From Escherichia coli (lineage in GTDB: Bacteria; Pseudomonadota; Gammaproteobacteria; Enterobacterales; Enterobacteriaceae), in NCBI RefSeq assembly GCF_009931435.1, contig NZ_CP043414.1: 64,000 nt of DNA. One strand, 5' to 3'. Under the pieces are notes generated by a model. That model saw only the letters and a program-made list of their open reading frames with translations. It searched no databases and was not told the origin of the DNA. The first letter of the stretch is position 1. Every line of letters begins with the position of its first letter. The position numbers and the translations under genes were made by a program. Positions 44,887 to 63,003 of the stretch are shown here, one piece after another.

Positions 44887-45507
44887 GTGTTAGACCGCCA
44901 TCTTCATCCCCGAATTAAACCTTTGTTGCATCAGTGTGTGAAGGTGCTGGATAAACCCGGCATTACGCCAGATGGTTTAACATTAGTGGGATTTGCCATC
45001 GGCGTGCTGGCACTGCCGTTTCTGGCGCTGGGCTGGTATCTGGCGGCGCTAATCGTCATTTTGTTGAACAGGCTGCTTGATGGTCTGGACGGCGCGTTGG
45101 CGCGGCGAAGAGGACTTACCGACGCGGGTGGCTTTCTCGATATTTCTCTCGATTTTCTTTTTTACGCACTGGTGCCTTTTGGGTTTATCCTCGCCGCACC
45201 GGAGCAAAACGCGCTGGCAGGCGGCTGGCTGCTGTTTGCGTTTATCGGCACGGGCAGCAGTTTTCTCGCTTTTGCTGCGCTGGCGGCGAAACATCAGATT
45301 GATAATCCCGGTTATGCGCATAAATCGTTTTATTATCTGGGCGGGTTAACCGAAGGCAGCGAGACGATTTTGCTGTTTGTTCTGAGTTGCCTCTTGCCAG
45401 CTTATTTTCCGTGGTTTGCGTGGGTATTTGGTGCGTTGTGCTGGATGACGACCTTTACGCGGGTGTGGAGTGGGTATCTGACGCTGAAGTCGCTCCAGCG
45501 CCAGTAA
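44887..45507 (+). CDS. ynjF: CDP-alcohol phosphatidyltransferase family membrane protein YnjF
   Basis: ORF 44881..45507; start set at second GTG (MLDRHLHP, 206 aa); motif DGLDGALAR. Confidence 0.8.
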   Translation: MLDRHLHPRIKPLLHQCVKVLDKPGITPDGLTLVGFAIGVLALPFLALGWYLAALIVILLNRLLDGLDGALARRRGLTDAGGFLDISLDFLFYALVPFGFILAAPEQNALAGGWLLFAFIGTGSSFLAFAALAAKHQIDNPGYAHKSFYYLGGLTEGSETILLFVLSCLLPAYFPWFAWVFGALCWMTTFTRVWSGYLTLKSLQRQ

Positions 45508-45515
45508 TTGCAATG

Positions 45516-46823
45516 TTATTTGCTGCTGTCCGGGCCGCGCTCACCGGTTGCTACGGGATTTTTCGGATCGCTGCTCCATTCGTACCAGCCGCCGTCGTAA
45601 ACGGAGACGTTATTCCAGCCCATTGCTCGTGCGTACATAAAGGTTTCGGACGCGCGCCAGCCGGTGCCGCAGTAGAATGAAACTTGCTGATCTGGTTTGA
45701 TATTCCATGCTTTCCACATAGCGGCAATATCATCGGCGCTACGCATGGTGCCATCCGGGTTATGGAAATCCTCCATATGCGTCGAGTCGCTACCAGCGTG
45801 TCCCCAACGGGCTCCGGCTATTTCACCTTTTGGCTTAATATAGCTGTAACCACTGGTCGTACCGATAAATTCTGGCCACGAACGAATGCTCACCAGCGAT
45901 GCATCCTGGCGATGCAGCAGCCCACGGGCCTGTTCCATATCAAGCATCAACTGCGGTTGCGCCGGGATCTTCACGCCGAAATCCGGTTCAGCTTTCACTT
46001 TCGGTGGCGTTCCGCGCTCAACAGGCAGTCCCGCGTCGGACCAGGTTTGCCAGCCGCCGTCCAGCAGGCGCACATCTTTCACCCCTGCATAGAGCATAAT
46101 CTGTGCTACACGCGCTGCTGCGTATACATCACGACCATATAGAATCACCGTGGTGTCATGACGAATGCCATGCTTTGCCAGCATCGCTTTCAGTTGTTCA
46201 TCAGAGACTTTATTCCACAGCGGTTCGCTTTCCACTTCATTGGTATCGATGTAATCCGCGCCGGGAATATGGCTGATAAGGTAAAGCTTAGGAGCGCCCC
46301 AGGCCGCTTCAATGACTTTCCAGTCACCGGCAGGTTTCGCCGTAACCTCTTTACCCTGTTGCAGGTCATGCAGCCATTGCGGATAAACCAGCTGCTCAAA
46401 GTGCGGCAGTTTTTGCAGACGGGAAGGTTCGCTTAGCGCGTCACTCAGGATGGAGATATGCGTAAAACCTGCTTTTTGCAGTCGCGTTTTGACGGCGTCG
46501 ACATCTTTGTCATTACCGTACAGCGCCACCGGAGCGTCGGTTTTCAGGTTATGTTGCTTGATCCACGCGTTGAGCTGTTCGGTGCTCATTTTGTCGAGCC
46601 AGCTAGCAGAGAGGTTTAAGGCGGCAGGTTCATGACCGGAAGGGCCATTTAAGGTTTGTGGCCAGCCGTTATAAAACGCGCTGGGGCGAGTATCTATCGC
46701 TTTGCCATTTTGTTGTTGAAGCTGGTCAAGAGTAAGAGGCTTCGCCAGTTCAGCGGCCCACGAAGAAGCGCAAGCCAGCCCTAAAGCCATTGCCAGCGCG
46801 GTCATTTGAGAAACACGTTTCAT
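45516..46823 (-). CDS. ynjE: Periplasmic thiosulfate sulfurtransferase (triple rhodanese)
   Basis: ORF 45516..46871; start set at MKRVSQMTALAM (435 aa); rhodanese active-site loop FYCGTGWRASE. Confidence 0.85.
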   Translation of the reverse strand: MKRVSQMTALAMALGLACASSWAAELAKPLTLDQLQQQNGKAIDTRPSAFYNGWPQTLNGPSGHEPAALNLSASWLDKMSTEQLNAWIKQHNLKTDAPVALYGNDKDVDAVKTRLQKAGFTHISILSDALSEPSRLQKLPHFEQLVYPQWLHDLQQGKEVTAKPAGDWKVIEAAWGAPKLYLISHIPGADYIDTNEVESEPLWNKVSDEQLKAMLAKHGIRHDTTVILYGRDVYAAARVAQIMLYAGVKDVRLLDGGWQTWSDAGLPVERGTPPKVKAEPDFGVKIPAQPQLMLDMEQARGLLHRQDASLVSIRSWPEFIGTTSGYSYIKPKGEIAGARWGHAGSDSTHMEDFHNPDGTMRSADDIAAMWKAWNIKPDQQVSFYCGTGWRASETFMYARAMGWNNVSVYDGGWYEWSSDPKNPVATGERGPDSSK

Positions 46824-46889
46824 CGAAAATCCCGACATTGTAGTTTTGAGTGCGCCATTCTGAACTGACACATTGGGAAAAACTTTGCG

Positions 46890-47543
46890 TTATCGCAGTT
46901 TGTTGTAATTTTCTGACCACTGCGCCATATCCAGAACAGAACTATCAGCAGGAACATCCTGGAGATCGTGCGTTACCTGAACGACGGGGATCGCCAGTTC
47001 GCGAACTTCGCTGAACACCCACTGGCGAAAATTATCGCGCAGAGCCACATCAAGACGGCTGAACGGCTCATCCAGGAGTAACGCTTTTGGCTGGGCGAGA
47101 AGGGCGCGTAGCAGAGCAACGCGCGCTCGCTGACCGCCAGACAAAGTGGCAGGATCCTGATGGAAAGCTCCGTCAAGGCCTGAACGCTCAAGTGCATCAT
47201 TCACGGCATTACGTCGGGCATTCCCCTTAAGTGTCTCCGGTAGCGCCAGCAGTAAATTTTGCCCGACGCTGAACTGGTCAAATAACAGTGCATCCTGGAA
47301 AAGAATGCCAATCTGACGCTGTGCGGTGGGTAGCATGTCAATCCGTTGCTCATTGAGCCATAGCTCACCTGCACAAGAAAACTGTCCGGCCAGCGCACCA
47401 ATCATCCATGAAAACAGTGTAGATTTTCCACAGCCAGACGGCCCCATTAACGTGACAATGTCACCTTTATCCACCGTAAAGTTAACGTTTGTCAGCAAGC
47501 GGCTTTCTGGTAAACGTAGCGAAACATTTTTCACGCAGAGCAT
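46890..47543 (-). CDS. ynjD: ABC transporter ATP-binding protein YnjD
   Basis: ORF 46890..47630; start set at MLCVKNVSLRL (217 aa); Walker A GPSGCGKST, signature LSGGQRARV. Confidence 0.8.
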   Translation of the reverse strand: MLCVKNVSLRLPESRLLTNVNFTVDKGDIVTLMGPSGCGKSTLFSWMIGALAGQFSCAGELWLNEQRIDMLPTAQRQIGILFQDALLFDQFSVGQNLLLALPETLKGNARRNAVNDALERSGLDGAFHQDPATLSGGQRARVALLRALLAQPKALLLDEPFSRLDVALRDNFRQWVFSEVRELAIPVVQVTHDLQDVPADSSVLDMAQWSENYNKLR

Positions 47544-49078
47544 TAGCGGAGTCCTTGTCTGACATAACCTACCCATTTTGCGACTAACGCGGTCAGGGCA
47601 AAAATAATAAGCGGCAACAGTAGTTGCCATAAAGCCTGGGCGGCGAGAATGCCGTTGCTGCCGCCGCTGCTTAATGCCACCGCTTCAGTGGTGAGTGTCG
47701 GAAAACGCCCCGCGCCCAGCCACAGCGTCGGCATATACTGCGCAATACTGACTGAAAATCCCACCGCGAAGGTAATCAGCGCAGGGCGCAACATGAGTGG
47801 GCATTTCACGTAAAAGAAGATTTTGGCCCGCGACCAGCCCAGTGTTTGCGCAATCAAAATTAACCGTGAATCAATGCGCTGCCAGGCGGGTTGCAGGATA
47901 AACAGCATCCACGGCATTACCCACAGCAGATGCCCCCAGACCACCGCTGTCCAGTTCCCATCTATGTTCAGCCATAGCGCCAGCATGTACTGGCCCGCCA
48001 CCAGCGGCAGAGCGGGTAATAAAATGGGCAACCAGAGCCACAACTGGCGACGCTTTGCCCCCCATTCCAGCCACAGCAGTAACAGGACCAAAGCGATAAA
48101 CGTCGCCACCAGCCCCATTGTCAGGCTGTTGATGAGCGCTTCACTATTGATCGTCGACTGATCCGCGAGGATCGCCAGCAGAGCCACACAGAGCACACCG
48201 GTTAAGGGTAAAAAAATCGCCAGTGTATTACCGGGTAATAAAGGAGTGGCGTGCTTACGAACGCCATCTTCCTGGGGGATCGTGCGTCGCCAGGCGCGCC
48301 ATAACAGATAACCAAGCAAAACGTAGGCGGCGAGTAACAGCATCAGCAGCAGACTGGCAAGCGCGCCTTTTGTCTGTTGGTCAATGCCACCCTGGGTTAG
48401 CCACTGCCAGCTAATTACCGCCAGCGTCGGTGGATTACCCGGCCCGAGAATAATTGCCACATCCACGACCGACAACGACCATGCCACAATAGCCAGCATC
48501 GCCATTGCCAGTGCAGGCGCGACGGAGGGCAACAACAACCAGTTCAGACATTGCCAGCGGCTGTAGCCCAGCGAATCCAGTACAATAACCTGCTGCAACA
48601 GCCGTTTCTCGCTCAATACTGCCGCTAAGATCCACAGCAGAAATGCGCTTTCTTTCACCGCCAGGGTAAGGCCCAGCCCAATACCCAATTTATCCATCGG
48701 CGGAGTGAGAAAAGGAAAAACCTGATAAACCAGGCCACCTTCAGCAAACAGCAACAGGGCGCTGGTGGCAAAAGCCACATGGGGAATGGCGAGCAGCCAC
48801 GGCAGACGGGCGCACATACGCTGCCATTTCGGCCCAGGCCACAGCGCCATAACTACCAGCAGGGCAATCGTCAATGCGCCGAGCGCCGCGATGGTTGTTG
48901 ACACCAGCGTCGCCAGTAATGCCTGCGGTAGCTGCGGATCGGCAAATAACGCCTGCCAGTGTGCCAACGACAAAGCAGGCGATATCAGCGTGAACGCCGC
49001 CGGGATCAGCGGTGCATAAATCACCGCCACCATCGCCCACAGCAACAAGATTAATGCGTACCGTAACGGTGTAGCCAT
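47543..49078 (-). CDS. ynjC: ABC transporter permease YnjC
   Basis: ORF 47543..49102; start tentatively at MATPLRYALILL; stop shares 1 nt with the ynjD start. Confidence 0.75.
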   Translation of the reverse strand: MATPLRYALILLLWAMVAVIYAPLIPAAFTLISPALSLAHWQALFADPQLPQALLATLVSTTIAALGALTIALLVVMALWPGPKWQRMCARLPWLLAIPHVAFATSALLLFAEGGLVYQVFPFLTPPMDKLGIGLGLTLAVKESAFLLWILAAVLSEKRLLQQVIVLDSLGYSRWQCLNWLLLPSVAPALAMAMLAIVAWSLSVVDVAIILGPGNPPTLAVISWQWLTQGGIDQQTKGALASLLLMLLLAAYVLLGYLLWRAWRRTIPQEDGVRKHATPLLPGNTLAIFLPLTGVLCVALLAILADQSTINSEALINSLTMGLVATFIALVLLLLWLEWGAKRRQLWLWLPILLPALPLVAGQYMLALWLNIDGNWTAVVWGHLLWVMPWMLFILQPAWQRIDSRLILIAQTLGWSRAKIFFYVKCPLMLRPALITFAVGFSVSIAQYMPTLWLGAGRFPTLTTEAVALSSGGSNGILAAQALWQLLLPLIIFALTALVAKWVGYVRQGLR

Positions 49079-50220
49079 TCTTGTTCCAGCGCATTTACCC
49101 AACCTGCGTGCGGTTCAGCCAGTACCGGCGGCAGATCCTGCGGCATTCTTGATTGCAATATTTCGCGCTGCCCGTCAGGCAGTTTTTGTGGATCGAGAAC
49201 CGATGGATCGCCCCAGACAGCAGGGTCTGCTTTACGTAGCTGTGCATCAGGTGAGAGCAGGAAATTGGCAACCACCTTCGCCGCAGCACTGGCATTCGCG
49301 TTGGCAGGAACGGTGACGAAATGCACGTTGCCAATCATCCCCTCGCGAAAGCCAAAACTGTAACTGCTTGCCGGCAAATCGCCACTGGCGATTTTTTGCT
49401 GGGCATGTGCAGGATTAAAGGTCAGCGACAGGCGCAATGTGCCAGTTTTCAGCAGAGCATCCATCCGCGCGGGCGAAGGTGGGAAATCCTTTCCTTCGCG
49501 CCATAGATACGGATGCAGCGCATCAAGATATTGCCACAAGGGCGCAGTGATACGGGCGAAAGTCGCATCGTTCGGCGCTTCTTTTAATGCTGCGGGATCT
49601 GGCGTCAGCATAATCAGTAACTGTTCAAGAAATGCGGTGCCAGTAAAGTCTGGCGGGCGCGGATAGGTAACCGTGCCAGGATTGGCTTTAGCGAATTCCA
49701 GTAAGGCTTGCGGTGTTTGTGGTGGCAGTGGCGTAACATCGCGGCGGGCGATAAACGTCAGTTGTGCGCCGCCCCACGGCGATTCTGCGCCTTCGACAGG
49801 TACAGAAAAATCTTCCCGTACCGGCAGTTGTGTATCGACATAACGCCAGTTTGGCAGAGTCTCAGCCCAGCCGGTTTGCAGTAAATTGGCCTCTTTTAAG
49901 GTGCGGAAGTTTTCGCCGTTCACCCAGAGCAGATCCACCGAACCGCCTGTCTCGCGCCCGGCTGCGGCTTCGGTCTGAATGCGCTTCACCGCGTCTGCGG
50001 CATCCGCCAGGCGGACAATCTTCAGGTTTATATCATAATGGGTTTTCATCTCGCCGCTAACCCAGTCGAGATAGCGGTTAATTGCGGTATCGCCGCCCCA
50101 GGCGTTAAACCAGACGGTTTGCCCTTTGGCCTCATTTTTAACTTCCTGCCAGTCACTGGCATGTGTTGCCAGAGAAAACAGCGATAACAATCCCAGCAAC
50201 CACCCACAATGGCGCATCAT
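49051..50220 (-). CDS. ynjB: ABC transporter periplasmic substrate-binding protein YnjB
   Basis: 389-aa ORF with signal peptide; start may be second Met. Confidence 0.8.
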   Translation of the reverse strand: MMRHCGWLLGLLSLFSLATHASDWQEVKNEAKGQTVWFNAWGGDTAINRYLDWVSGEMKTHYDINLKIVRLADAADAVKRIQTEAAAGRETGGSVDLLWVNGENFRTLKEANLLQTGWAETLPNWRYVDTQLPVREDFSVPVEGAESPWGGAQLTFIARRDVTPLPPQTPQALLEFAKANPGTVTYPRPPDFTGTAFLEQLLIMLTPDPAALKEAPNDATFARITAPLWQYLDALHPYLWREGKDFPPSPARMDALLKTGTLRLSLTFNPAHAQQKIASGDLPASSYSFGFREGMIGNVHFVTVPANANASAAAKVVANFLLSPDAQLRKADPAVWGDPSVLDPQKLPDGQREILQSRMPQDLPPVLAEPHAGWVNALEQEWLHRYGTH

Positions 50221-50226
50221 CTCTCC

Positions 50227-50775
50227 TTAAGAACGTTTTTCAGGAATACGGCACAGCCCCTGAGCGGGAATGTCCATGGCAGAATTAAAACGGGCTGACA
50301 GATTTTGCAGGCCGATCAATGCCGTCAGTTCGGTGAGCGCCTGGGCGTCAAAATGCGTAGCCAGTCGGGTACGCAGGGCTGCATCGACTGTTGGCGGCGT
50401 TACGCTTGCGGCTTCGGCGTACTCCAGCGCCAGCCGTTCTTCATCGCTAAAGAGCGGGCTTTGCCGCCAGTCAGCCACTGCCAGCAGTTTATCGGTGCTG
50501 CCAGTGCGCTCGGCGACTTTCATACTGGTGATATCCACGCAAAACTCACACAGGCACATTTGCGCAATGCGCGCGCTGACAAGCGATCGCACTACCGGAT
50601 CGAGCGGTGAGCGTTTACGCTCCAGCCAACCGACAAACATCGACACCAGATAAAAGATAAACGGGATCCGTCCCCACCAGCGAATTGGACTTAGCACCTC
50701 GCCGTAATGGCGACGATGCAGCCACGCCTGCGGACGTAAACTTAAAGGAATTTTGCTAAGCGGTGGTAAACCCAT
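50227..50775 (-). CDS. ynjA: AhpD-like / carboxymuconolactone decarboxylase family protein YnjA
   Basis: 182-aa ORF; cysteine motif CLCEFC. Confidence 0.8.
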   Translation of the reverse strand: MGLPPLSKIPLSLRPQAWLHRRHYGEVLSPIRWWGRIPFIFYLVSMFVGWLERKRSPLDPVVRSLVSARIAQMCLCEFCVDITSMKVAERTGSTDKLLAVADWRQSPLFSDEERLALEYAEAASVTPPTVDAALRTRLATHFDAQALTELTALIGLQNLSARFNSAMDIPAQGLCRIPEKRS

Positions 50776-51482
50776 CAGGCATTCCTCTTCTGGCGTTCAA
50801 GCCATATTTTTTTCGCCATAAAAATCACCACGGTCAGGGCAAACAGAATAAACAGTCCGGTGACAAACCAGAAGGTACCGCCCGTTAACATACTGCCCGC
50901 CCAGGAATAAACAATAGTCGCCGGTAACTGACCAAGCCCGGTGGCGATAAAAAACGAGCGAAAACGTATTGACGTCAAACCGGCAGCATAGCTGATTGGA
51001 TCGAAAGGGACAAAAGGCAATAACCGGCATACCAGGATAGTGTGTTTGCCGTAGCGAGTGAAAAAGCCGTCCATACTGTCAAGCACGGTTTTACCGGTTA
51101 ATTTTTCCACCACTTCGCGGCCCATCACTCTGGCAATAAAAAAGCATAGCGCCGCGCCCGCCATAGAACTGGTCCACGACAGCAAGCCACCCCAGAACGC
51201 ACCGAACAGCGAGGCATTGGCAAAGGTGATCAAAAATGCAGGCAGCGGTGCAGCAATGGCCTGTAAAATCATCAACATGAACGAGACAACTGCTGCCAGT
51301 GCGCCGTAAGACTGAATAAAGCGTTCTATACCCTGTTGGTCCACGGCGGCAAACGCCGCAACGCTGCGATTGATAAACTGATGGACGCCGGGAAGCAGTG
51401 CCCATGCCAGCAGCATAGCGAACAACAGGATGATGAGGGTTATACGGTAGTACCAGATTTTACGCGATTGCATCTTCATCAT
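50775..51482 (-). CDS. ydjZ: TVP38/TMEM64 (DedA-like) family membrane protein YdjZ
   Basis: 235-aa ORF; stop shares 1 nt with the ynjA start. Confidence 0.8.
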   Translation of the reverse strand: MMKMQSRKIWYYRITLIILLFAMLLAWALLPGVHQFINRSVAAFAAVDQQGIERFIQSYGALAAVVSFMLMILQAIAAPLPAFLITFANASLFGAFWGGLLSWTSSMAGAALCFFIARVMGREVVEKLTGKTVLDSMDGFFTRYGKHTILVCRLLPFVPFDPISYAAGLTSIRFRSFFIATGLGQLPATIVYSWAGSMLTGGTFWFVTGLFILFALTVVIFMAKKIWLERQKRNA

Positions 51483-51496
51483 CCTTTATCGTGGCT

Positions 51497-52174
51497 TTAT
51501 TCGGTGATTTTAAAGGTAACCGTAGCCAGCGTGTTATCTGCCGGGAGAACCGAGGCATTGCCTTTGAATTGCACTTCACCACGTTTTTCCACCGCACCAT
51601 AAGTGTATGTTGCATTGCTGACGATGCCGACCGGGCAGCTATCCAGACATACCAGGCAGCCCGTTTTCTTCTCTTCTGCGGCGGCTAAATTACCGCCAAA
51701 GCGCATGTCCAGTTTTTTACCGTTATTGTCGACAATCACCTCATCGAATGAATACGCTTTTGCTGCCCCTTGCCAGTTGACCGAAATATCCAGTTTGCTG
51801 CCCGCTACATGAGTCGTTTCTTTATTCTCCATGGTCATGTTTTCGCCCGGGATACCACCGGCTTGTTTCAGTGCTTCATAAAATGCTTTCGGGGTCGCAT
51901 AACCCATAAACAGCGATTTATGTCCGTTGGAGCCATCTTTAAACACTATGCCGTGTCGAGTGTCGTCTGTCAGGAAACGGCCATTAATTTGTACCAGCAT
52001 GGTGACCGTATGGTTATTGTTATCGACACGCAGTGGTTGGCTGTCTGAAAGCCCGTCGTATTCCACTTTTGCTGCCGCATTCTCTTTTTGATCGCAGCCA
52101 CTAAGCCCGGCAACGGCCAGTAAACACAGTGCAGCCAGTCCTTTTTTCCATGACGCTGAATAATGTTGCAACAT
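51497..52174 (-). CDS. ydjY: Lipoprotein YdjY
   Basis: ORF 51497..52336; start set at MLQHYSASWKKG (225 aa); lipobox LSGC; C-terminal CLVCLDSCP cysteine cluster. Confidence 0.75.
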   Translation of the reverse strand: MLQHYSASWKKGLAALCLLAVAGLSGCDQKENAAAKVEYDGLSDSQPLRVDNNNHTVTMLVQINGRFLTDDTRHGIVFKDGSNGHKSLFMGYATPKAFYEALKQAGGIPGENMTMENKETTHVAGSKLDISVNWQGAAKAYSFDEVIVDNNGKKLDMRFGGNLAAAEEKKTGCLVCLDSCPVGIVSNATYTYGAVEKRGEVQFKGNASVLPADNTLATVTFKITE

Positions 52175-52178
52175 CGTT

Positions 52179-52889
52179 CTATCCTTCATTTTTGGGGTGA
52201 GTAAGTGGGCTGCGGCGCGAAGCAGACAGATCCACGTGTTTGTGTCGGGCGTAGAGTTTGGCAAGCTGGACGAGAATAAACAGTGCCAGGCCCGCCAGAC
52301 AGAGTTGTAAAATAAAGCGCAGCGTAATGCCTTCACTGGCGAGATCGCTGGCCATCACGGTATAAATAACGATACCGGGCAGGGTAGTGAGTGCCGAAAT
52401 AAAGGTATAAGGCCAGAAGGCGATAGTGGTTAATCCGTAGGCGTAATTTTGAATATTGTAAGGAAACAGCGGGATTAAGCGGGTAAGAATTAAAAAATCG
52501 ATACCGTTATGTGCAATGCCTTTTTCAATGGCCTGGAAGGTATGGCTGTGACCAACGTATTTCAGCAATAAATCGCGCCCCAAAAAGCGTGCCAACAGGA
52601 ATGAACTCGAGGAGGCCAGCGTGGCGGCAATTAATGATAGTAGTGTCCCTAAGATCGGGCCAAAAACTATGCCTCCAGCGATCACCAGTATGCTTCCTGG
52701 TAACAGAAAGAGGGTGGCAATGATGAATAACACAATATAAAGGCAATAACCGAACAATCCGCTCTGGCGAATGAGAGTTTGTAAGTGGGGTAAATCGGTG
52801 AGCAGATCGAATAAACCGCAAGCGTGGATAGCGTAAATGACCAGCGCAAAAATAAAACAGGCAAAAAGAAATTTACGCTCAGCGTTCAT
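52179..52889 (-). CDS. ydjX: TVP38/TMEM64 (DedA-like) family membrane protein YdjX
   Basis: ORF 52179..52937; start set at MNAERKFLFA (236 aa). Confidence 0.8.
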   Translation of the reverse strand: MNAERKFLFACFIFALVIYAIHACGLFDLLTDLPHLQTLIRQSGLFGYCLYIVLFIIATLFLLPGSILVIAGGIVFGPILGTLLSLIAATLASSSSFLLARFLGRDLLLKYVGHSHTFQAIEKGIAHNGIDFLILTRLIPLFPYNIQNYAYGLTTIAFWPYTFISALTTLPGIVIYTVMASDLASEGITLRFILQLCLAGLALFILVQLAKLYARHKHVDLSASRRSPLTHPKNEG

Positions 52890-53055
52890 TGTGGAGTTTC
52901 CTATATCAAACTTGATAATAGAGAAGTGGTCAGACAACTAAAAACGCAGTGACGGTATAACAAAGGACGGCAGGCAACAAATCATTACTGACAGTTTGTT
53001 GATTTTTCTCAAGGTTAATTCTCCTGACTCCGTTTGAGTCAGGAGAGCAGCTAAA

Positions 53056-53862
53056 TTAGCGGCGGAAGGTCGCCCAGACGGGGGCGTGATCGGACGGTTT
53101 TTCCATGCTGCGAATTTCATAGTCGATGCCGGTTTCTACGCAACATTCTGCCAGCGGTTGGCTGGCGAGAAGCAGGTCGATGCGCAGACCACGGTTATCG
53201 TCAAAACCTTTTGAGCGGTAATCAAACCATGAGAAACGATCTGCTGTTTGCGGATTCGCATGGCGGAAGGTATCGACCAACCCCCAGCTCATCAGTCTCT
53301 CCATCCATTCGCGTTCCTCCGGAAGGAAAGAACATTTTCCGGTACGCAGCCAGCGCTTACGGTTCTCTTCGCCAATGCCAATATCCAGGTCGGTAGGACT
53401 GATATTCATATCGCCCATAATCAGCACCGGATTTTCACGCTTGAGTTCGGTTTCCAAATAATTTTGCAGATTCTGATAAAACTGCGCCTTCGCCGGGAAT
53501 TTTATCGGATGGTCGCGGCTTTCACCCTGCGGGAAGTAACCGTTGATCACGGTGACATTGCCCAGCGGCGAGGGGATTTCCGCCATAATAATTCGCCGTT
53601 GTGCCTCTTCGCCGTCGTCAGGGAAGCCGCGACGCACAGCAATCGGCGTCTCTTTGGTCAACAATGCCACGCCGTAATGGCCTTTCTGCCCGTGATAAAA
53701 CACGTTGTAGCCGAGCTTTGCCACCTCTTCGAGCGGAAACATATCGTCATGAACTTTTGTCTCCTGCAGGCCAATCACATCCGGCTGGTGCTTTTCGACA
53801 ATGGCTTCAAGCTGGTGAGGTCTGGCGCGCAGGCCGTTGATATTAAAAGAGACAAATTTCAT
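53056..53862 (-). CDS. xthA: Exodeoxyribonuclease III
   Basis: ORF 53056..53874; start set at [14 protein letters not shown] (268 aa). Confidence 0.9.
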   Translation of the reverse strand: MKFVSFNINGLRARPHQLEAIVEKHQPDVIGLQETKVHDDMFPLEEVAKLGYNVFYHGQKGHYGVALLTKETPIAVRRGFPDDGEEAQRRIIMAEIPSPLGNVTVINGYFPQGESRDHPIKFPAKAQFYQNLQNYLETELKRENPVLIMGDMNISPTDLDIGIGEENRKRWLRTGKCSFLPEEREWMERLMSWGLVDTFRHANPQTADRFSWFDYRSKGFDDNRGLRIDLLLASQPLAECCVETGIDYEIRSMEKPSDHAPVWATFRR

Positions 53863-54219
53863 AGTCGCTGCCATTTATTCAGATAAAGAGTGCGTGGATG
53901 GTAGCAGAATTTCGCTTTGCTTACCGCCTGTTGTTAAGTGATTTGATCGATGGTTGTTAATGATGTCAACGATGGCGCAAAAATTGCCCGCTTTTGGTGC
54001 GCGCTGCGTCAGAATGGCGCAGTAATTTCCAGTAAATTTCGTCAATGATCACAATTCCAGAATTATATTTTACTTTTGCATAATATTGCGTTTTTTATTC
54101 TTTCTATTCACCATCATCGCAAACATATTCACTTTTTATGCACTTTAAATGCATAGCGTACAGTTATAACTCCTTGATTATCAGTTAATCGCCCCCTTTT
54201 ATGCACTTTTATCACTGGC

Positions 54220-54235
54220 TGGCACGAACCCTGCA
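54220..54235 (+). promoter_or_regulatory. Sigma-54 (-24/-12) promoter of astCADBE
   Basis: TGGCAC-gaacc-CTGCA matches TGGCAC-N5-TTGCA, about 73 bp upstream of the astC ATG; ArgR-box-like TATTCAC repeats lie further upstream. Confidence 0.5.
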
Positions 54236-54271
54236 ATCTACATTTACAGCGCAAACATTACTTATTATTAA

Positions 54272-60335
<6,064 letters not shown>

Positions 60336-60664
60336 TACTTACCCGCAGAAATCATTCTGCGGGTATTAAGTTACTTTCTTATAAATTAATACAGATTAAT
60401 CCTGGTTATTTGCTTTATTTATCACCAGTCATCCGGTATAGTTCTTCATAATCTCTGCAAAATCATCATGTTGTAATATTCTCTCATCACTCTCCATCAA
60501 ATTTTCTTTTTTTCTCCATAATTGGCGCAAAAGTGTTTTTTACACTTTCATTGTTTTACCGTTGCTCTGATTAATTGACGCTAAAATCAGTAAAGTTAAT
60601 CTCGTCAACACGGCACGCTACTTAAGAAAGCCGTAATAAATAACTGAAAGGAAGGATATAGAAT

Positions 60665-61150
60665 ATGCGTAAATTAACTGCACTGTTTGTTGCCTCTACC
60701 CTGGCTCTTGGCGCGGCTAACCTGGCCCATGCCGCAGACACCACTACCGCAGCACCGGCTGACGCGAAGCCGATGATGCACCACAAAGGCAAGTTCGGTC
60801 CGCATCAAGACATGATGTTCAAAGACCTTAACCTGACCGACGCGCAGAAACAGCAGATCCGCGAAATCATGAAAGGCCAGCGTGACCAGATGAAACGTCC
60901 GCCGCTGGAAGAACGCCGCGCAATGCATGACATCATTGCCAGCGATACCTTCGATAAAGCAAAAGCTGAAGCGCAGATCGCAAAAATGGAAGAACAGCGC
61001 AAAGCTAACATGCTGGCGCACATGGAAACCCAGAACAAGATTTACAACATCCTGACGCCGGAACAGAAAAAGCAATTTAATGCTAATTTTGAGAAGCGTC
61101 TGACAGAACGTCCAGCGGCAAAAGGTAAAATGCCTGCAACTGCTGAATAA
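60665..61150 (+). CDS. spy: Periplasmic ATP-independent chaperone Spy
   Basis: 161-aa ORF MRKLTALFVASTLALGAANLAHA... Confidence 0.9.
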   Translation: MRKLTALFVASTLALGAANLAHAADTTTAAPADAKPMMHHKGKFGPHQDMMFKDLNLTDAQKQQIREIMKGQRDQMKRPPLEERRAMHDIIASDTFDKAKAEAQIAKMEEQRKANMLAHMETQNKIYNILTPEQKKQFNANFEKRLTERPAAKGKMPATAE

Positions 61151-61173
61151 TCTTTCAGCCAAAAAACTTAAGA

Positions 61174-61236
61174 CCGCCGGTCTTGTCCACTACCTTGCAG
61201 TAATGCGGTGGACAGGATCGGCGGTTTTCTTTTTTG
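61174..61236 (+). terminator. Rho-independent terminator of spy
   Basis: ccgccggtcttgtccac ... gtggacaggatcggcgg long stem followed by TTTTCTTTTTTG. Confidence 0.7.
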
Positions 61237-61274
61237 TTCTCAAACAGATGCAAAAAAAGCCTGATCGCCACTAA

Positions 61275-62775
<1,501 letters not shown>

Positions 62776-62934
62776 TGTTGACTCCGAGTGCTGGTTATCT
62801 ATCCAGTGTAACAGGCGGGGAGCGATTAAAAAAGAGGCGGGTCGATGACAAAGGTTACACCATGAGACGTGCTACGCCTGTCAGGCCTATTCGACTCCTG
62901 CAATGTATTGAATTTGCATAGTTTTGTAGGTTGA

Positions 62935-62966
62935 ATAAGGCGTTCACGCCGCATCCGGCGTGAACA
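62935..62966. repeat. REP-like palindrome between nadE and cho
   Basis: ataaggcgttcacgccgcatccggcgtgaaca; perfect 10-bp stem gttcacgccg / cggcgtgaac. Confidence 0.5.
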
Positions 62967-63003
62967 AAGTACTCTTTTTCGCACAAACCAAATGTGCAAA
63001 TTA

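Noticed and set aside
53248-53886. 212-aa plus-strand ORF antisense to xthA
   Set aside because: Overlaps xthA entirely; no start-site context; xthA identity is clear.
60674-61162. 162-aa minus-strand ORF antisense to spy
   Set aside because: Mirror frame of spy; Cys/Phe-rich nonsense product.
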